Notes under the pieces: generated by a model
Told to the model about the DNA's origin: nothing
The model's database searches: none
Seen by the model: only the letters and a program-made list of their open reading frames with translations
Shown here: positions 50,832 to 63,417 of the stretch, piece by piece
Layout: each line of letters opens with the position of its first letter
Position numbering within the stretch: position 1 is the stretch's first letter
DNA from: Yuukianura sp. NJ FZ-2021
Taxonomy: Eukaryota
Direction: 5' to 3'
Length of the DNA: 64,000 bases
Assembly: GCA_046563655.1 (NCBI GenBank)
Contig: CM102285.1
Span: 12,896,001-12,960,000, forward strand
Program-made: the position numbers and the translations under genes

Positions 50832-51282
50832 CAGTGGATTCTCTAAATAAGGGAAAAAATCACGATTGGAGGATTGGTAGCAGGCACCTCCCCCAGTACC
50901 GTAAGATTTCTGGTAAACGGTCAGTTATATGGAATTTAAGGCTAGGAACACCATTCTAATGAAAATTTCCTGTTTCGAAGTTCAGAGTATATAATTATAG
51001 CAGTAGCGCAGTTTGTGCGCAGATATATATGTATATATATATATATATATATAGCATAACTACATAAATATTATATATATTAATATTAGTTAATTTCATT
51101 CAATTATCTAATTACTTTTGTTTCGCACCAAAAAAAAATTAACCAAGAAAAAACAATCGTAAAAAATAAGCCGATAAACTGAAACATACGTTCCCTCCAA
51201 AATTAAAACTTTACGGTACCGCGACTTCGAGTGAAAGTGAGAAAGAGGAGGAGCTCCTGTCCCTTATTTAGAGAATCCACTG
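50832..51282. mobile_element. Non-autonomous Tc1/mariner (pogo-like) MITE containing a (TA)n microsatellite
   Basis: Perfect 23-bp TIR CAGTGGATTCTCTAAATAAGGGA / TCCCTTATTTAGAGAATCCACTG. The left flank is TA and the right flank is CA. A (TA)n run lies at ~51022-51052. Confidence 0.88.
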
Positions 51283-52170
51283 CATGAGGTGACCCAAACT
51301 GCAAAAAAAACGGCTTTTTCTCAAGGTTGAGGACGAGCGACTAAAATTTGCTGGTTAAATTTCAGTGCTTTTTACACAAATTCTTTCGACGATAGTTTTT
51401 CATTTAGCTGATTAGTTTCGCTTTTAAAATGACGCCTCCCTACCCACAACTTCTGCAAAAAAAAAAAGTTATGTGAAATAAGTATGTCGAAAACTCCATT
51501 TTGAAACTAAATGTGTTTGATTTCCGATTCACAGCCCATTTAAGTCAAATTAGACTATTTTTTCATACTACTGTATTATAAGTCTTCTTGTTTGCATAAA
51601 ATGTACAAATTACAAAATTTGACACGAAAATGAGAATATTTTTGAAGAAATTATGTTATAAATTAACTATTCACATTATGGTCTTTTATACAAAAAGAAC
51701 GAAAATAAGATGGAATTGGAATTTGAAGTTTGTAAAAGAAAAAATGACGAGAAATTGTCGCGTGTGGGTGCGGCTTTGTCACGCCTTGTGACGTAAAGTA
51801 AATTACGCAACGACAAATGGTAATTTTTTGTGTAATTCATTATCTTCGTGAGCTTCTTCAACCCTAAGCTTGTTAATTACTTTATCAAAAGTTTTTCTAC
51901 GCCTAAGATTTTTGTGAAATTGTCACTTTTAGTCTATTTTTGGACATATTCAAACAAACAAGGGCTTCCTTGCAACAGACGATTTCTTGAATGTTTCAAA
52001 GAAGTGCTTGTTCTTTTCGTTTCGTTTTGTGGAACAGATATTTCGAGAATTCATTTATCGATTTCTTCTACCAGATTTTTTTTTGCATCTTGAACTTTCA
52101 CATTCTGAACTTCTTATGAACCATTGTGTGGGACCAAGCAAAAAGACAATCTTTTGATTCCGTTTAAACA

Positions 52171-52920
52171 ATGTTTAGTGTTAACAGTATTCTAAATTCA
52201 GTTGAAACTTCTGAAAAGGAAGACTACTATAACATACTCAAGTGTGATGAAACTGCTACCGTAAGAATTACTCTCTAAATTGTTCGATTTTTAGCTTTTA
52301 GTACAGTTTTTGAACGAAAAGCTTGATTCTAGATTGACCAAATCAATGCAGAATTCAAGCTATTGGCACTGGAGAGTCATCCCGATAAAAATCCAGATGA
52401 TGCCAACGCCCTCAAAAGATTTCAAACGCTACAGGTAACCAGTACAAATTGTAAAAATTTTGAAGTTTTTACGATGCAATTTGGACAGAAATTGACTCCT
52501 AAAATTTTTAAACAGGAAGCCAGAAATGTATTGACAGATCCAAAACTGAGGCGTGACTATGATAAGTGGCGAGCATCTGAAGTGTCAATGTCGTTCAAAC
52601 AGTGGCAAGCCCTTGGCACTCGTTGTCAAACGGTAGTTTTCAAAATTCAAAATTTTGAAATTCAGTTCTAAAAATATTCTAAAATTTTGTAAAAACTTAA
52701 TTTTTAGACGATGCACTGGGCAAAGCCAAGAACACAAGGGATGCTGGAGCAAGCTGAAGAGCAATTTCCTGACATCCAGCAAGAAGCGGAAGACAGTCGC
52801 AATGGCGACAATCCCGAAAAGTGTCGAAACGATCCGACTATTTGGCGATTTCAAAGTGAAAATCAAAAACACAGGAATACTGATGATGTTTACAGAAAAT
52901 TTCGAAACTATCAGATCTAA
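52171..52920 (+). CDS. DNAJC12: J-domain protein DNAJC12/JDP1 homolog
   Basis: DYYNILKCDE..HPDKNP..YDKWR..MHWAKP..FRNYQI* in four exons. Confidence 0.92.
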
Positions 52921-53190
52921 AATGGATCTTCTCCACCTAATGTATATGTACCTAAGCTATGTTTTGAATGCTTTTAGATTTTTTTTTTGTAAAAGAAAGC
53001 ACGAAAATTTTGAAAAACTATATGTAAAAGTGGTTCAGATGGAAACAAAATGAGATTCGAGAGACTCCAAACATGACCAATTAAAAATCAAAATACTGTT
53101 CTGAAATCCTCCAAAAATTATTGTCTTTGCTTGCACTTTTGTTATACTTTTGAAGAAGACGCGAAATTCCTTACGCTTCTTAGATCCAAA

Positions 53191-54562
53191 ATGGCCCAAG
53201 TAAAGCTCAATGACATGGCCAAAAAAACTGACATTGGACCAGTAGTCGCTGGCGACATTTCTGGGGGTGACCAAGTCGTTACATCTAATAAGCCGAAGAT
53301 GATGGACGTATCAACTATGGTTCGACCTCGGTAAGTCTTTACAAGAAACAGACAAAAGCATCACTGTGAATTATTAATACGAATCACAATTTCAAATTTT
53401 AGTGACAGAAATTACGAATCGAAGTTGAAACATTTGTATACAGAAGAGGAGGTGAGTCGCATACTTTCTTCTCTTCCTACCATTCAATTCAATCCAAAAC
53501 TTAACCTATTGACCTCTTGGCGCTAAAAAATTTTAGTCAAGTGCGCAGGACCTTGATCAGGACAACTCCTTGGCGACCGGAGGTGAAGACAATGGAGTTA
53601 GGCCAAAGATGATGGATGCGACCACTATGGTTCGACCCAAGTAAGCGTTTTCTGAATTTTGAATAGAAAGTGCATTGAATTTGAGTGAAAATTTCGAATT
53701 TCAGTGACAAAGATCTGGAACCGCAGTTCAAAAATGCATCTACGCAGGCGAGTCTATCATTTCATTTCTGTCGTCGAACAATCCAATTGACATTTTCTTG
53801 ACACAACTTTTAGGCCCGTCCAAGAGGTTACAAAGAACTTGACCTGCGCAGTACCATGGCGCTTGGTGAAGAAAAAGAAGTTCAAGTTAGTGATTCCACT
53901 TTTCAAATGTTGTTCAAAGTAAAGAGTGACCTCTGACCTGACATTGCTTTCAGGTAACGGAGCTTGACCTTGAGAAGTCAACTGCAGCAGACAGTCATGG
54001 GATTGTTCTTAACGAAGGAAACATCTTTTGGCCAAATATTGTCAACTTCAATTCGGACCTGGCAGAAATGAAAATCAAAACGTACATTACAAGTTTTTGG
54101 AGACTTGGATCCGAGTGGATGTTTGATATTCGTTACATTCAAACACATGCTACAAACTATCGAAAGAAGTTCATTTACGAGGTAATGAGTTCAAAAAAGT
54201 TAGTTAATTGATTCGTAATTAGTCATAATTTTACCTATTTAGGTCGTTTTTTCAAAACCAACCAAGGAACATCCAGTTCCACCGGCGACGGCTTCGGTTT
54301 TCTTCGTTTTTGAAGCCGAGCATTACAGTTGTCCAGATCAATCTATGAAAGTAAAAAAAATTCAAAATTATGAAACAATTGATAAACAAAATTTCATAAT
54401 TTTTCAAAACATTTGTTGTCAATTACTTAACCGCTTTAGGTTCACTTCGTCCTGGAAGGTAACCGATTTCCATATACTCCAGGAGTTGTTCAATTCCGTG
54501 AAGATTGGCTTACTGGAATAATCCACGACAAATTGTGCATCCAAAAGGCAATCAATTTTTGA
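53191..54562 (+). CDS. AKAP14: AKAP14/AKAP28-domain protein with a repetitive N-terminus
   Basis: C-terminal exons encode IFWPNI..YITSFW..VVFSKPTKEHPVPPATASVFF..VLEG..PGVVQFREDWL, the AKAP28 pattern. Eight exons, one GC-AG intron. Confidence 0.8.
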
Positions 54563-54969
54563 AAAAAAATATAAAAACCAAAACACTTCATAATCAAAAG
54601 TCTGTCGTGATTTGATTTATGCATTGATTAGTTTCTACGAGTTGAGCATGAATACAATAATTTACTAAAATTAACACGCGAGACGAAAATTCATTTTAAC
54701 TGTAAAAACCGACTTTAAATCAAAACCGAAATTGAGCTAAGATTCTCCGCTTAACAAATGAGATCATCAACTAAATTCTACCGAAAGTGAAACGAAGTTG
54801 CGGTTTTAAATTAATTAATAAGTACAGAATACAATTTTGAAAATTACATACTACTTTTGAAGAATTTGACAAAAATTTACACAAATCTTTTGAAAGGGCT
54901 AAACGTTTTTAGCCATTACACTTTGAAACAAAGTTAAAAATTATCCAGAAAGACACTTTTATGGCAGTT

Positions 54970-56958
54970 TCATTCATAGTGAAGGTGGCAGTTGTGCTGG
55001 TGACCCCATTCTCGTAGAGCTGAATGCAAGGCTTCAAGTTCCAGAGCAGTTTCACCATCGCCTTTGTGAACAACATGAAATTTGGATTTTCTAAAACAAA
55101 TTGCAAAAAACTTAGAATTTTCCAAAAATTCAAAACAAGAAATTCCAAAAACGAAACCATTTTCTTACGATGGAGGAAGCGGATAGTAGCGAAGGAAAGC
55201 AGAGTCGGGTTTATGCTTTTCATAGAACAGCGCAGCCGCTAGCGGATGTTGGTCGACCTTGCCATAATTAAAATTGGCTCGAATAATTGCAAGTTTCGGA
55301 TTGTTCTGTACAAGCTTATTCCAATCCTCGCCCTAAACGGAAACAATACGAATTTAAACACATTTTTTTGGTTTTAGATTTTAGCAATTCCAAAATGTGA
55401 AACGTGTACCTTAGGAGGTTCCTTGAAAAATCCAAAGTAAATGTAGAGATCTCTTCGTAAGATTCTATTAAAAATCTCCGCAGCTTCATCTCCTCCTTCT
55501 TTTCGGTTTGTAATTAACTCAAAAACGGAGTCCGTGAGAGTCATGAAGGCTGAAGGATCTTTATGAGCCGTAGAAAGTTTGTAAATTGTTCTAGTAATTT
55601 AAAAACATAATTCAATTTTAATTAAAAATTTTACAAAAAAAAAAAAACAATTTAATTTTGCATCAACTCGTTGTAAATCGTAATCGTACCCGTCTTGTCC
55701 ATAAACGCGGAGGTGTGGATCGGCCGCGGTGAGACCATCTAGTAACCTACGTTTTTGAGAAATTTTAAAAAATGTGGAAAATTAAACTTTGGAATGCTGC
55801 CCGAGTGTATAGTACTGCTTACATTTCTTCAGCAATCAAGATTACTTTGTGTTGATAAGCGTTTTGATGCAGGCGAAACCTTCCACGGAATAAATCGTTC
55901 AAATTCTCAGCAACCTTGACGCGATAGGCAATTTTGGAACGGAATTCTCCATTTCCAATGTCGACTGAGATGACTCGACTGTTGTCCATGACACGTTCGT
56001 AGTCAAAGGCAATTGGAATATTGAGTTGCTTGGAATCTCGCAGTAAATAGTCGAACTTGTCCACGTCTACTTTCGTTTCATCGTTAGAGATGATCTGGAT
56101 TTACAAAAAATCAGGATATCAAAAATGGTTAGATTTTGAAAACTTAAAGTTACTCACTTGGTACAAAAAGTACTTGTGAGCATTTCGGCCTGTGAACTCA
56201 GCGTTTCCGTTTAATGGTTTTCCATAAATTGCTTCCTTGATGAAAACGAGGTCATGGTCACATAATCCAGCATTCCGGAAGGAACTGCGTAGCTTATTGT
56301 CTTCCAGGAGGAAATCAAACATCTTTATGGACATTTCCTCGTGCTAAAATTTCAAAAAAAAAAAGTAAGATTACTACATTACTTTTAAAAACCCGTATTC
56401 GTGTGGCCAGTCCATTCAAAATGAAAAATTACGCAATATTTTTTATCTCCAAGTGTCTGGAATCTTTTTAGGAAGTGTTCCCACAAGTGAGAGAATGGAC
56501 CATGACCAAGGTCATGGCAAAGCCCAGCAATTTGGACACAAAGTATGTCAGTAGCATCGATTTGCAACTCTGGCTGATGCTTCTGGAGAGCTCGGCAGTA
56601 TCTTCCAGCTAAATAACATGTTCTAAAAAAAACAAAAACAGATTATCTTTCAATTTCAGTTTCCAATCATTGTTCAAAAAACAATTTAGGCATACCCAAT
56701 ACAATGCTCAAAACGATTATGAGAGGCAGCAGGATACACAAAACTACAAAGTCCAAGTTGTTTGAGATTGCGCAGACGCTGAAACTGTGGTGTATTGATG
56801 ATTTCGTAGCACAAGTATGGAAGTTCCATATGAGAGTGAATAGTGTCATGGAAGATTTTGGTCCGCATTGGACATGTAGTTGGAGTAAATGAGCGATCGA
56901 ATCCTTCGTCTGTGTCAGAGCTGGTTGGTGTCGGTGGTCGATCGATTTCCGCCATCAT
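54970..56958 (-). CDS. SAMHD1: HD-domain dNTP triphosphohydrolase (SAMHD1/falten-like, no SAM domain)
   Basis: [45 protein letters not shown] and LHQNAYQHK. Confidence 0.94.
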
Positions 56959-58282
56959 TTCCTGGGAAATAAGATCACAAATCTTTTGTTAGTAACTGTT
57001 TCACATCAACCGTCTCACAAAACTGTTTTTCGAGAAAAATAAAATTGAAGATGGGGCTGACAGGCCAAACCTATACGAGAACGGGACGCTCTGCTGTCCA
57101 ACAAAAATTGGACAGGTTTTACAGCAACCAGCTTTGCCAATGCTAAGTTTTACAACTGAGGCTATTGATTGCTTTACATAAGTTTTTGATCTCGGTCACT
57201 CACCATTGTGGTTTGCGATTGCAAATTTCTTACTAAATTATTTTTAGTAATAACTTTGTTGAATACAAATGAAAGTTATTTAGGCTACTGGTTAGTCACA
57301 AAAAAATTAGAATGCACAGTGACACAGATAACTGCATAAATAATGAAATACATAACTCAATAGGATATTCAACTTGTATCTAAATGCTGCTCACTTTTCA
57401 TTTAAATTTGTGCAAATCGAACCTTGAAACTGAACGAATTCTTTTTTTGTAACAAAAAGAAATCCGAGTCTTTATTGCGAAAAAAAAGTACCCGATGTGA
57501 TAACCGAAGCCGAAAGGTTGATTCGCTAATCAGCGCCAAGTCTTCTCCGAATCCGAGTGACCTGCAATTAGTTGCCCGCTTTTAAAACTTGATAACTTTC
57601 GCCTAAAACTTTAGGTTGAATCTCGTTTTAAATGAGATGTAATAATTTGTACATTAGGGACGCACTACCACTATGCACTACGTAATGTTATCCGTAAGGT
57701 AACTCAAGGTCAATATTAAAGTAACGTTCTGGCAAAATTCAGTTCAGTTTACCGTTAAACTTTCCTTTACAAAAACCTATTGTTACAAACATTCGAGCTG
57801 AAGCTTTAAATCCATGTATTACATGTACAGTAGCAGGTACCTTTATAACAACAACAACATGACTGGCACTGGCATGTGAAAAGTTCCGATTAGAAATGAG
57901 ATTCACCTTTAGCATGTGTTCTCAAGCACATGCTCAGAGCTCAACTTCACCTGATTGACATCAACTTTCAATCGTTTAAGGTTTTATAACGATTAACGAT
58001 AGGTCAGGTCAGTTAAGGACAATAAAATTAGAATTGACGGACTTACGAATCACAAACTGCTGAAGACGGAGGTTACCAGATGTTATTAGAACGAATAGAA
58101 ATAGACGAATAGTAGAGACGTTACGTGTCGTTTAAATTGAATCGTTGAACTCAATTATCGTCGTACAGTGTACACGTTGAAAGTCGGAAGTCTTCTTAGG
58201 ATCAGTCACTTCTTCTGTCCGGTAGTACTGGTTAGGAGGATTTTTGTGGTTTGTGACTTTAGAGTTCACAGGCTTAGTAGAA

Positions 58283-60272
58283 ATGTCCTCAGAAAGTACT
58301 AAATCACTGACTAAGCGAACTAAGAAGTTGCAGCTGACAGATCGTGACCAAGACGACGACAAGGATGAAGATACAGCCCGTGTGGATTCTTTTTATGAGC
58401 ACTTTTCTCCAGTTTCCAGTAACTACTTCCAGATCTGTCCAGGAAAGCGAAAGAGTAACAAAGCTCAGGTGATTCTGCACTCTGACGTTTTTTCGTAAGT
58501 TGAGCGAAATGACGTAATGTAACCTAACTTCCTACTCCTGTATTGTAGCGCATGCGCAAAAAAAAAATAACGTAGAATGCGACGCTACGTTATAAGTCCT
58601 TAATTTACCGTGGGTTAATTTTTTAACGATTGCAGAAACCAAACCAGTGTTCTATGCGGATTTGACAACGATCAACTGATGACCTTTGACATTTCACAGG
58701 CACTGTCCTCAGAAGCAATTGAACTTCCACCAAAATCTGGCGCCATACTTCATCCAGGTCTCTCCTATGCACGGTAAGGTAACGTTACGCTAAAAAGTAT
58801 TTTTTATCTAAACGGCTATTCTCAAGTATTAACTGCTAGATAATAATTAAATTCGTACTTGACTTAACTATTTAGGTGCAGTAAAGTTACGCCGCAACTG
58901 TTCTTCAGCAGCAGTACCGAAGATGGAAAAATTAACCTATGGGATGGCAGGGTCAAGTCCATCAAGCCTGCACAATGTTTCACACCAAGTACTGGCGTAG
59001 TGGATACAATGAATTCCAAGAAGAAACCGATTCTAGCCTTTGATGTTAGTCCGGGTGATCAATTCATTTGTGCCGGAACGGAACTGGTAGATGAAGAAGA
59101 TTCGTTCCTTCTCTTCTGGGATCTTCGTTCAACAAATCTAATGGGCGCTTATTGGGAATCACACTCCGATGATATCACTTGTGTTAAATTTCATTCGACT
59201 AAACCAGCATCACTGGCTTCTGGATCTACTGATGGATTGCTCAACGTTTATAATTTATTGGAAGCCACTGAAGAGGATGCTCTGATATATTCATTCAATA
59301 CAGAAACTAGTGTCGTAAGTACAACCTCATCATAGGAAAGCTAAAATAATAAGTTATAGTTTGATTCTAATTGAGTTAACATTTTCTTCTGTCCCGAATA
59401 GGAGAAGATTACGTGGAATTCACCAGTTTCAAGGCCGACGTCGGATCAAGTTGCTTGCATTACACATTTAAACGATCTACGGATCTGGGACGTTGAAAAT
59501 GGAGATTCTGTTGCGGAGTGCAACAGAAGTGCAGTTGCAACAGCAATGCAGGTAACAATTTTCAGCTTTACACTTTAACATAAACTTGTTTTACTAAATA
59601 CTTTGTTGTTCCACAGAGAAGTAACTCTGATGCTGTGTACCTCAACGACTGTTACAGTATGCCAAACGGAAGGGTTGGAATATTCTCTTGTTCTCTATCT
59701 GGGTAATCAAGCGATTCAACTTTTCTAAGGAATTCCAATCTTCCTCATTAATTGATTTCATATTTCTGTTTACTTGCAGCGATTCCTGTGGAACGCTTGA
59801 AGTCAACAACGGTAAACTGACACCAAGAGCACTGTTTCTCCCAGAAACTTCAGTGATCCAGTGTACTGAATATCTGCCTAAGGTGAGTCTACCACTAAGA
59901 TTTTCGCTACTGGCTACATTTTGCAACTCATGTTAAAACATTGTTGCTGTCTGTGTTTCAGGACAACCGATGGATAACTTTTAGTGATGCCGGGAACATG
60001 AAAATATGGACGTTAGACATGAACACCAAAGGTCAAATTCCAAACTCAGAGCGGTCAAAGGTGAGGGGGTACACTAATATTATTTATTTTATACGTAAAT
60101 TCACACAGTAAACACTCTGAAAAGTATTACGTACGCTAAAGATCGCAATTCCGAACTAGCGAACATCTTCAATTCAACCCCAAGATTTACAAATTAATTA
60201 ATAATCTAACTAAATGCGTTCTACTTATTACAGACCACGGGAAAACACGGGACAAGATTTAAGCCATATTAA
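58283..60272 (+). CDS. WDR89: WD repeat-containing protein 89
   Basis: ICAGTE..FLLFWDLR..YWESHSDDITCVKFH..LASGSTDGLLNVY..EEDAL, ending RFKPY*. Confidence 0.9.
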
Positions 60273-60800
60273 GCAACATTGCACAGAGGAAACGAGTAAC
60301 TTGGACAGTTTCGTTACAAAATGACATTCTACTATAATAGTTACTGAAAGTTAACTAATGAAGAACAAGTAAATGAAAATTATTTAGTTTTCAATACTAA
60401 CAATTAATTTAAACCATTCAATTTCAACCAATTAGAGCATATCGTCAACTTCTTACTTTTAGATTTACGAGCCAAATCGTCTTCGTCACTAAACGAGTAA
60501 CGAACAAAACGTTAATTCGTTAACTACATTTTGCAGAAATTTTAACTCAATGTATTACTAAAGTGTCACCGAAAAAATACTCCACTGGATTCGGTTTCGA
60601 AGGGACTGGATTACTAACAAGGAATCGCTCAATTCCTTTGAAAAAAGTGAACCAATTGACATTGGGTCAAACATTTCACATCGTGAGATTCATTGATCTT
60701 CGGGAGCACTACTAGTTCAGCAATAAACGTTTTGCAAACGATAATTTTTAGGTTTTGAGATTTGGAGAATTGAGTACAGTGGGTGGTGGATCCAGTAGTG

Positions 60801-62346
60801 TTACTGGAAAAATGCAAGGAGCCTAGAAACAAAGCACCAATTAGAATCAGTTTAGCGATTTGAAGGTTTAAAATTTCAACAAGTCAAAAAGAAGCGTGTA
60901 AACTTACCGGAAGTGGATGGTTTTGGCTGCCAAGAGACGGTTGCACTCTGCCGAATCCTTTAGAGCAAGTGGAAAGTGTGTACTTTCCAAATTCGTTTCG
61001 GTGAAACTGAACTGATGAAGCTGTGGATTCAGTTTCATGTCACCAAACGGTCCTTTCAAGATCATGAAGTTGACGTCCACGGTGGGTGTGGCAGGTTTGC
61101 TTTTCAGTATGAGCTTAACAGAAATCCAGAAATAAAGCATTTAAATAAGGCTAATGTGTCGTGTCCTATACTTTTGTTTACGAAGTCTGAATCACCTGAT
61201 ACGTCAACTTCCGTTCACAATATAGCGTTGGGTCACGTTGATTGTCATTGATCCTGGCTTTGACTACCCATTGGTAGTTGAAGGCTGCAAAACGACTTGT
61301 TTCGTAGTACAATTTATGAACAAACTCGTCCGTACGGTATGGTTTGAATTGTAAATCTGTAAATCAATACGATCGTTTTAAATGATGCCTCAAAATTTTG
61401 AATAATCAATTCGCAACAACCTCCGAAATGAATCTTCTCATACGACAGTAAGCCAAAAAGTCCATTGTACAGTTTCCGTTCTTCCTCGGCCTGTTGATCA
61501 AAGCGACTGAGGACTTCCATAACTTCGTCTCCGCTTTTTGACGGGTGACTACAAGTTGCGTGATGACCAGCCAATTCATGAAACGGACCACGCCAAGGGC
61601 AGCCGATACGTGCATACTTGCAGTTCATTGTTCTAAAAAAAATGGCAAAACTTAATGTTTAGAAAAATGAATGTTTCTACTTTTTTCTGCTACTGAAAAC
61701 GTTTCCTCACCGTTCTTCACAATCTTCACGTTCATGTTTGGCCAATGTGTGTCTGGGATACTCCAGATTACAGTATTGACACTGCGACGGAAGTTCATTG
61801 ACAGCTTTTTCCACGGCCAAATTGCGAGTAGCTGTGTGTTTGTTAATTTCAATTCGGCAGTTTGGACAAGTAGCAACTTCGTCTCGAAGTCGTGCATCCG
61901 CCAATAGATGAGAAAAACATCCAGCACACATGAGATGCCCGTTGGTACATTGGTAAATAGCTGATTTAGGCATTTCGATACAAACGGAGCACGACAACAA
62001 CGAAACTGGAAACACAACAAAAAATCAAGCCTGAAATTAGAAGTTCTGATTTTAAGGAATGCGACTTACCAAGTCGGTTTTCCAGTTTCTCGATTTTCGG
62101 AGGATTTGAGCCATGCTGGTCGTCACTAGAGTCCAATTTTAGTTTCTTTTGTTGCGGGCCATCAGCGTCGCGGTTCTCCATGTCAGGGGCATCATGACCT
62201 CGTCCGCTTCCGCTAACAACTTCGACATTGCCTCCAGCAGGTAAATTCGAAGAACCAGCATCAGCTAGTATCTGTCCCGACCCGGGGTTGTGAACTGGTT
62301 CAGTTGCCATTGCCATGGACAACGGCTCTTCCTGTGACGAAGACAT
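60801..62346 (-). CDS. CYHR1: Cysteine and histidine-rich protein 1 (ZFTRAF1) homolog
   Basis: RING/TRAF-type [49 protein letters not shown] and [15 protein letters not shown]. Confidence 0.94.
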
Positions 62347-63417
62347 CGAGATCGACGAAATTCGGATTACCCGAAATTTTATTCCTAAAGTACGATAAAC
62401 AATAGACTACTTTTTACCATTGGATTTGATTCGCTTTCACTGGGGCTTGACATGCTGTGTCCCATTCGTCAGCTGATGCTGATTCTTGACATACAAGCAA
62501 AAGATACTTAACATTGTCTACTCTAATCTAAATAATCTAATTAATACCTCGTCAGCAGTGGATATCAATTACTTACGTGTTCCTTGTCAAGATAGAGGTT
62601 TGAATTTGATGGATCAATGGATGGATCCTTGCGTCAAACTTGCAAAAACAGATAGTCTGCTGGTGCTCATAAAAAAGTACTTCAAGAATTTGTTTGTAAA
62701 TAATCCCGTAACGTGTCCTTGCAGGTGCTGATCCTGACTACTCTATCAGAACGACTGAAGTATGCGATGAGAGATCATTGCACTCTCCAGCTGATGAATG
62801 CAAAAACAGAGATGCAATGATTGACGCAAACTGCGTAGTAGTGATGGATGTTCAACTTTTTTTTTTGCATTGACAGGCACAGAGGGGGAGGACAACCAAT
62901 CACATTAAAAAACACATTGAAATTTGAAAGCATATGGGTGGGTATTGAGGAAATGGGGGCGGTGGTGGGATATTCACAAACGTGCAGTCGCTAGATGGCA
63001 CGTCGAGCAGATTCCACAAGGCTCCCCGACGCTTACCTGATTCGGTAACAAGGCGACGGCCCCACCGGAACGGCAGCACGAAACCCACCACAAAACGAAA
63101 ACGAAACGCACGTAACTAAAGGAATGCGTTTTCTTTTTCTTTTTTTTTCAACTAAAAAAAGCACGTCATCAGCACGTTTTGCTGCTGTTGCAGTATAAAA
63201 ATGAGGTTCAATTTATGAAATGGAAATTCCCTTCATCCTTAAGGGTACACTTAGAAATTAGTAAAGTTAATCAATTAAATTACAATGCACTGAAGTTGTA
63301 TGGTTAAGCGTAGAGTAAAAGCAATGCTTGACATTTTTGTTCAGGTTTGAAGTTGTTGGATCTTGGACGGTGGAGGAGACCGACAACGGTGGCAAAGAGA
63401 GGCTGAATTTGAAGTTT

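Noticed and set aside
27620..56958. DTYMK plus SAMHD1-like (and PPO, Reeler) as a functional nucleotide or immunity cluster
   Set aside because: They are separated by many unrelated genes, with no sign of operon-like organisation.
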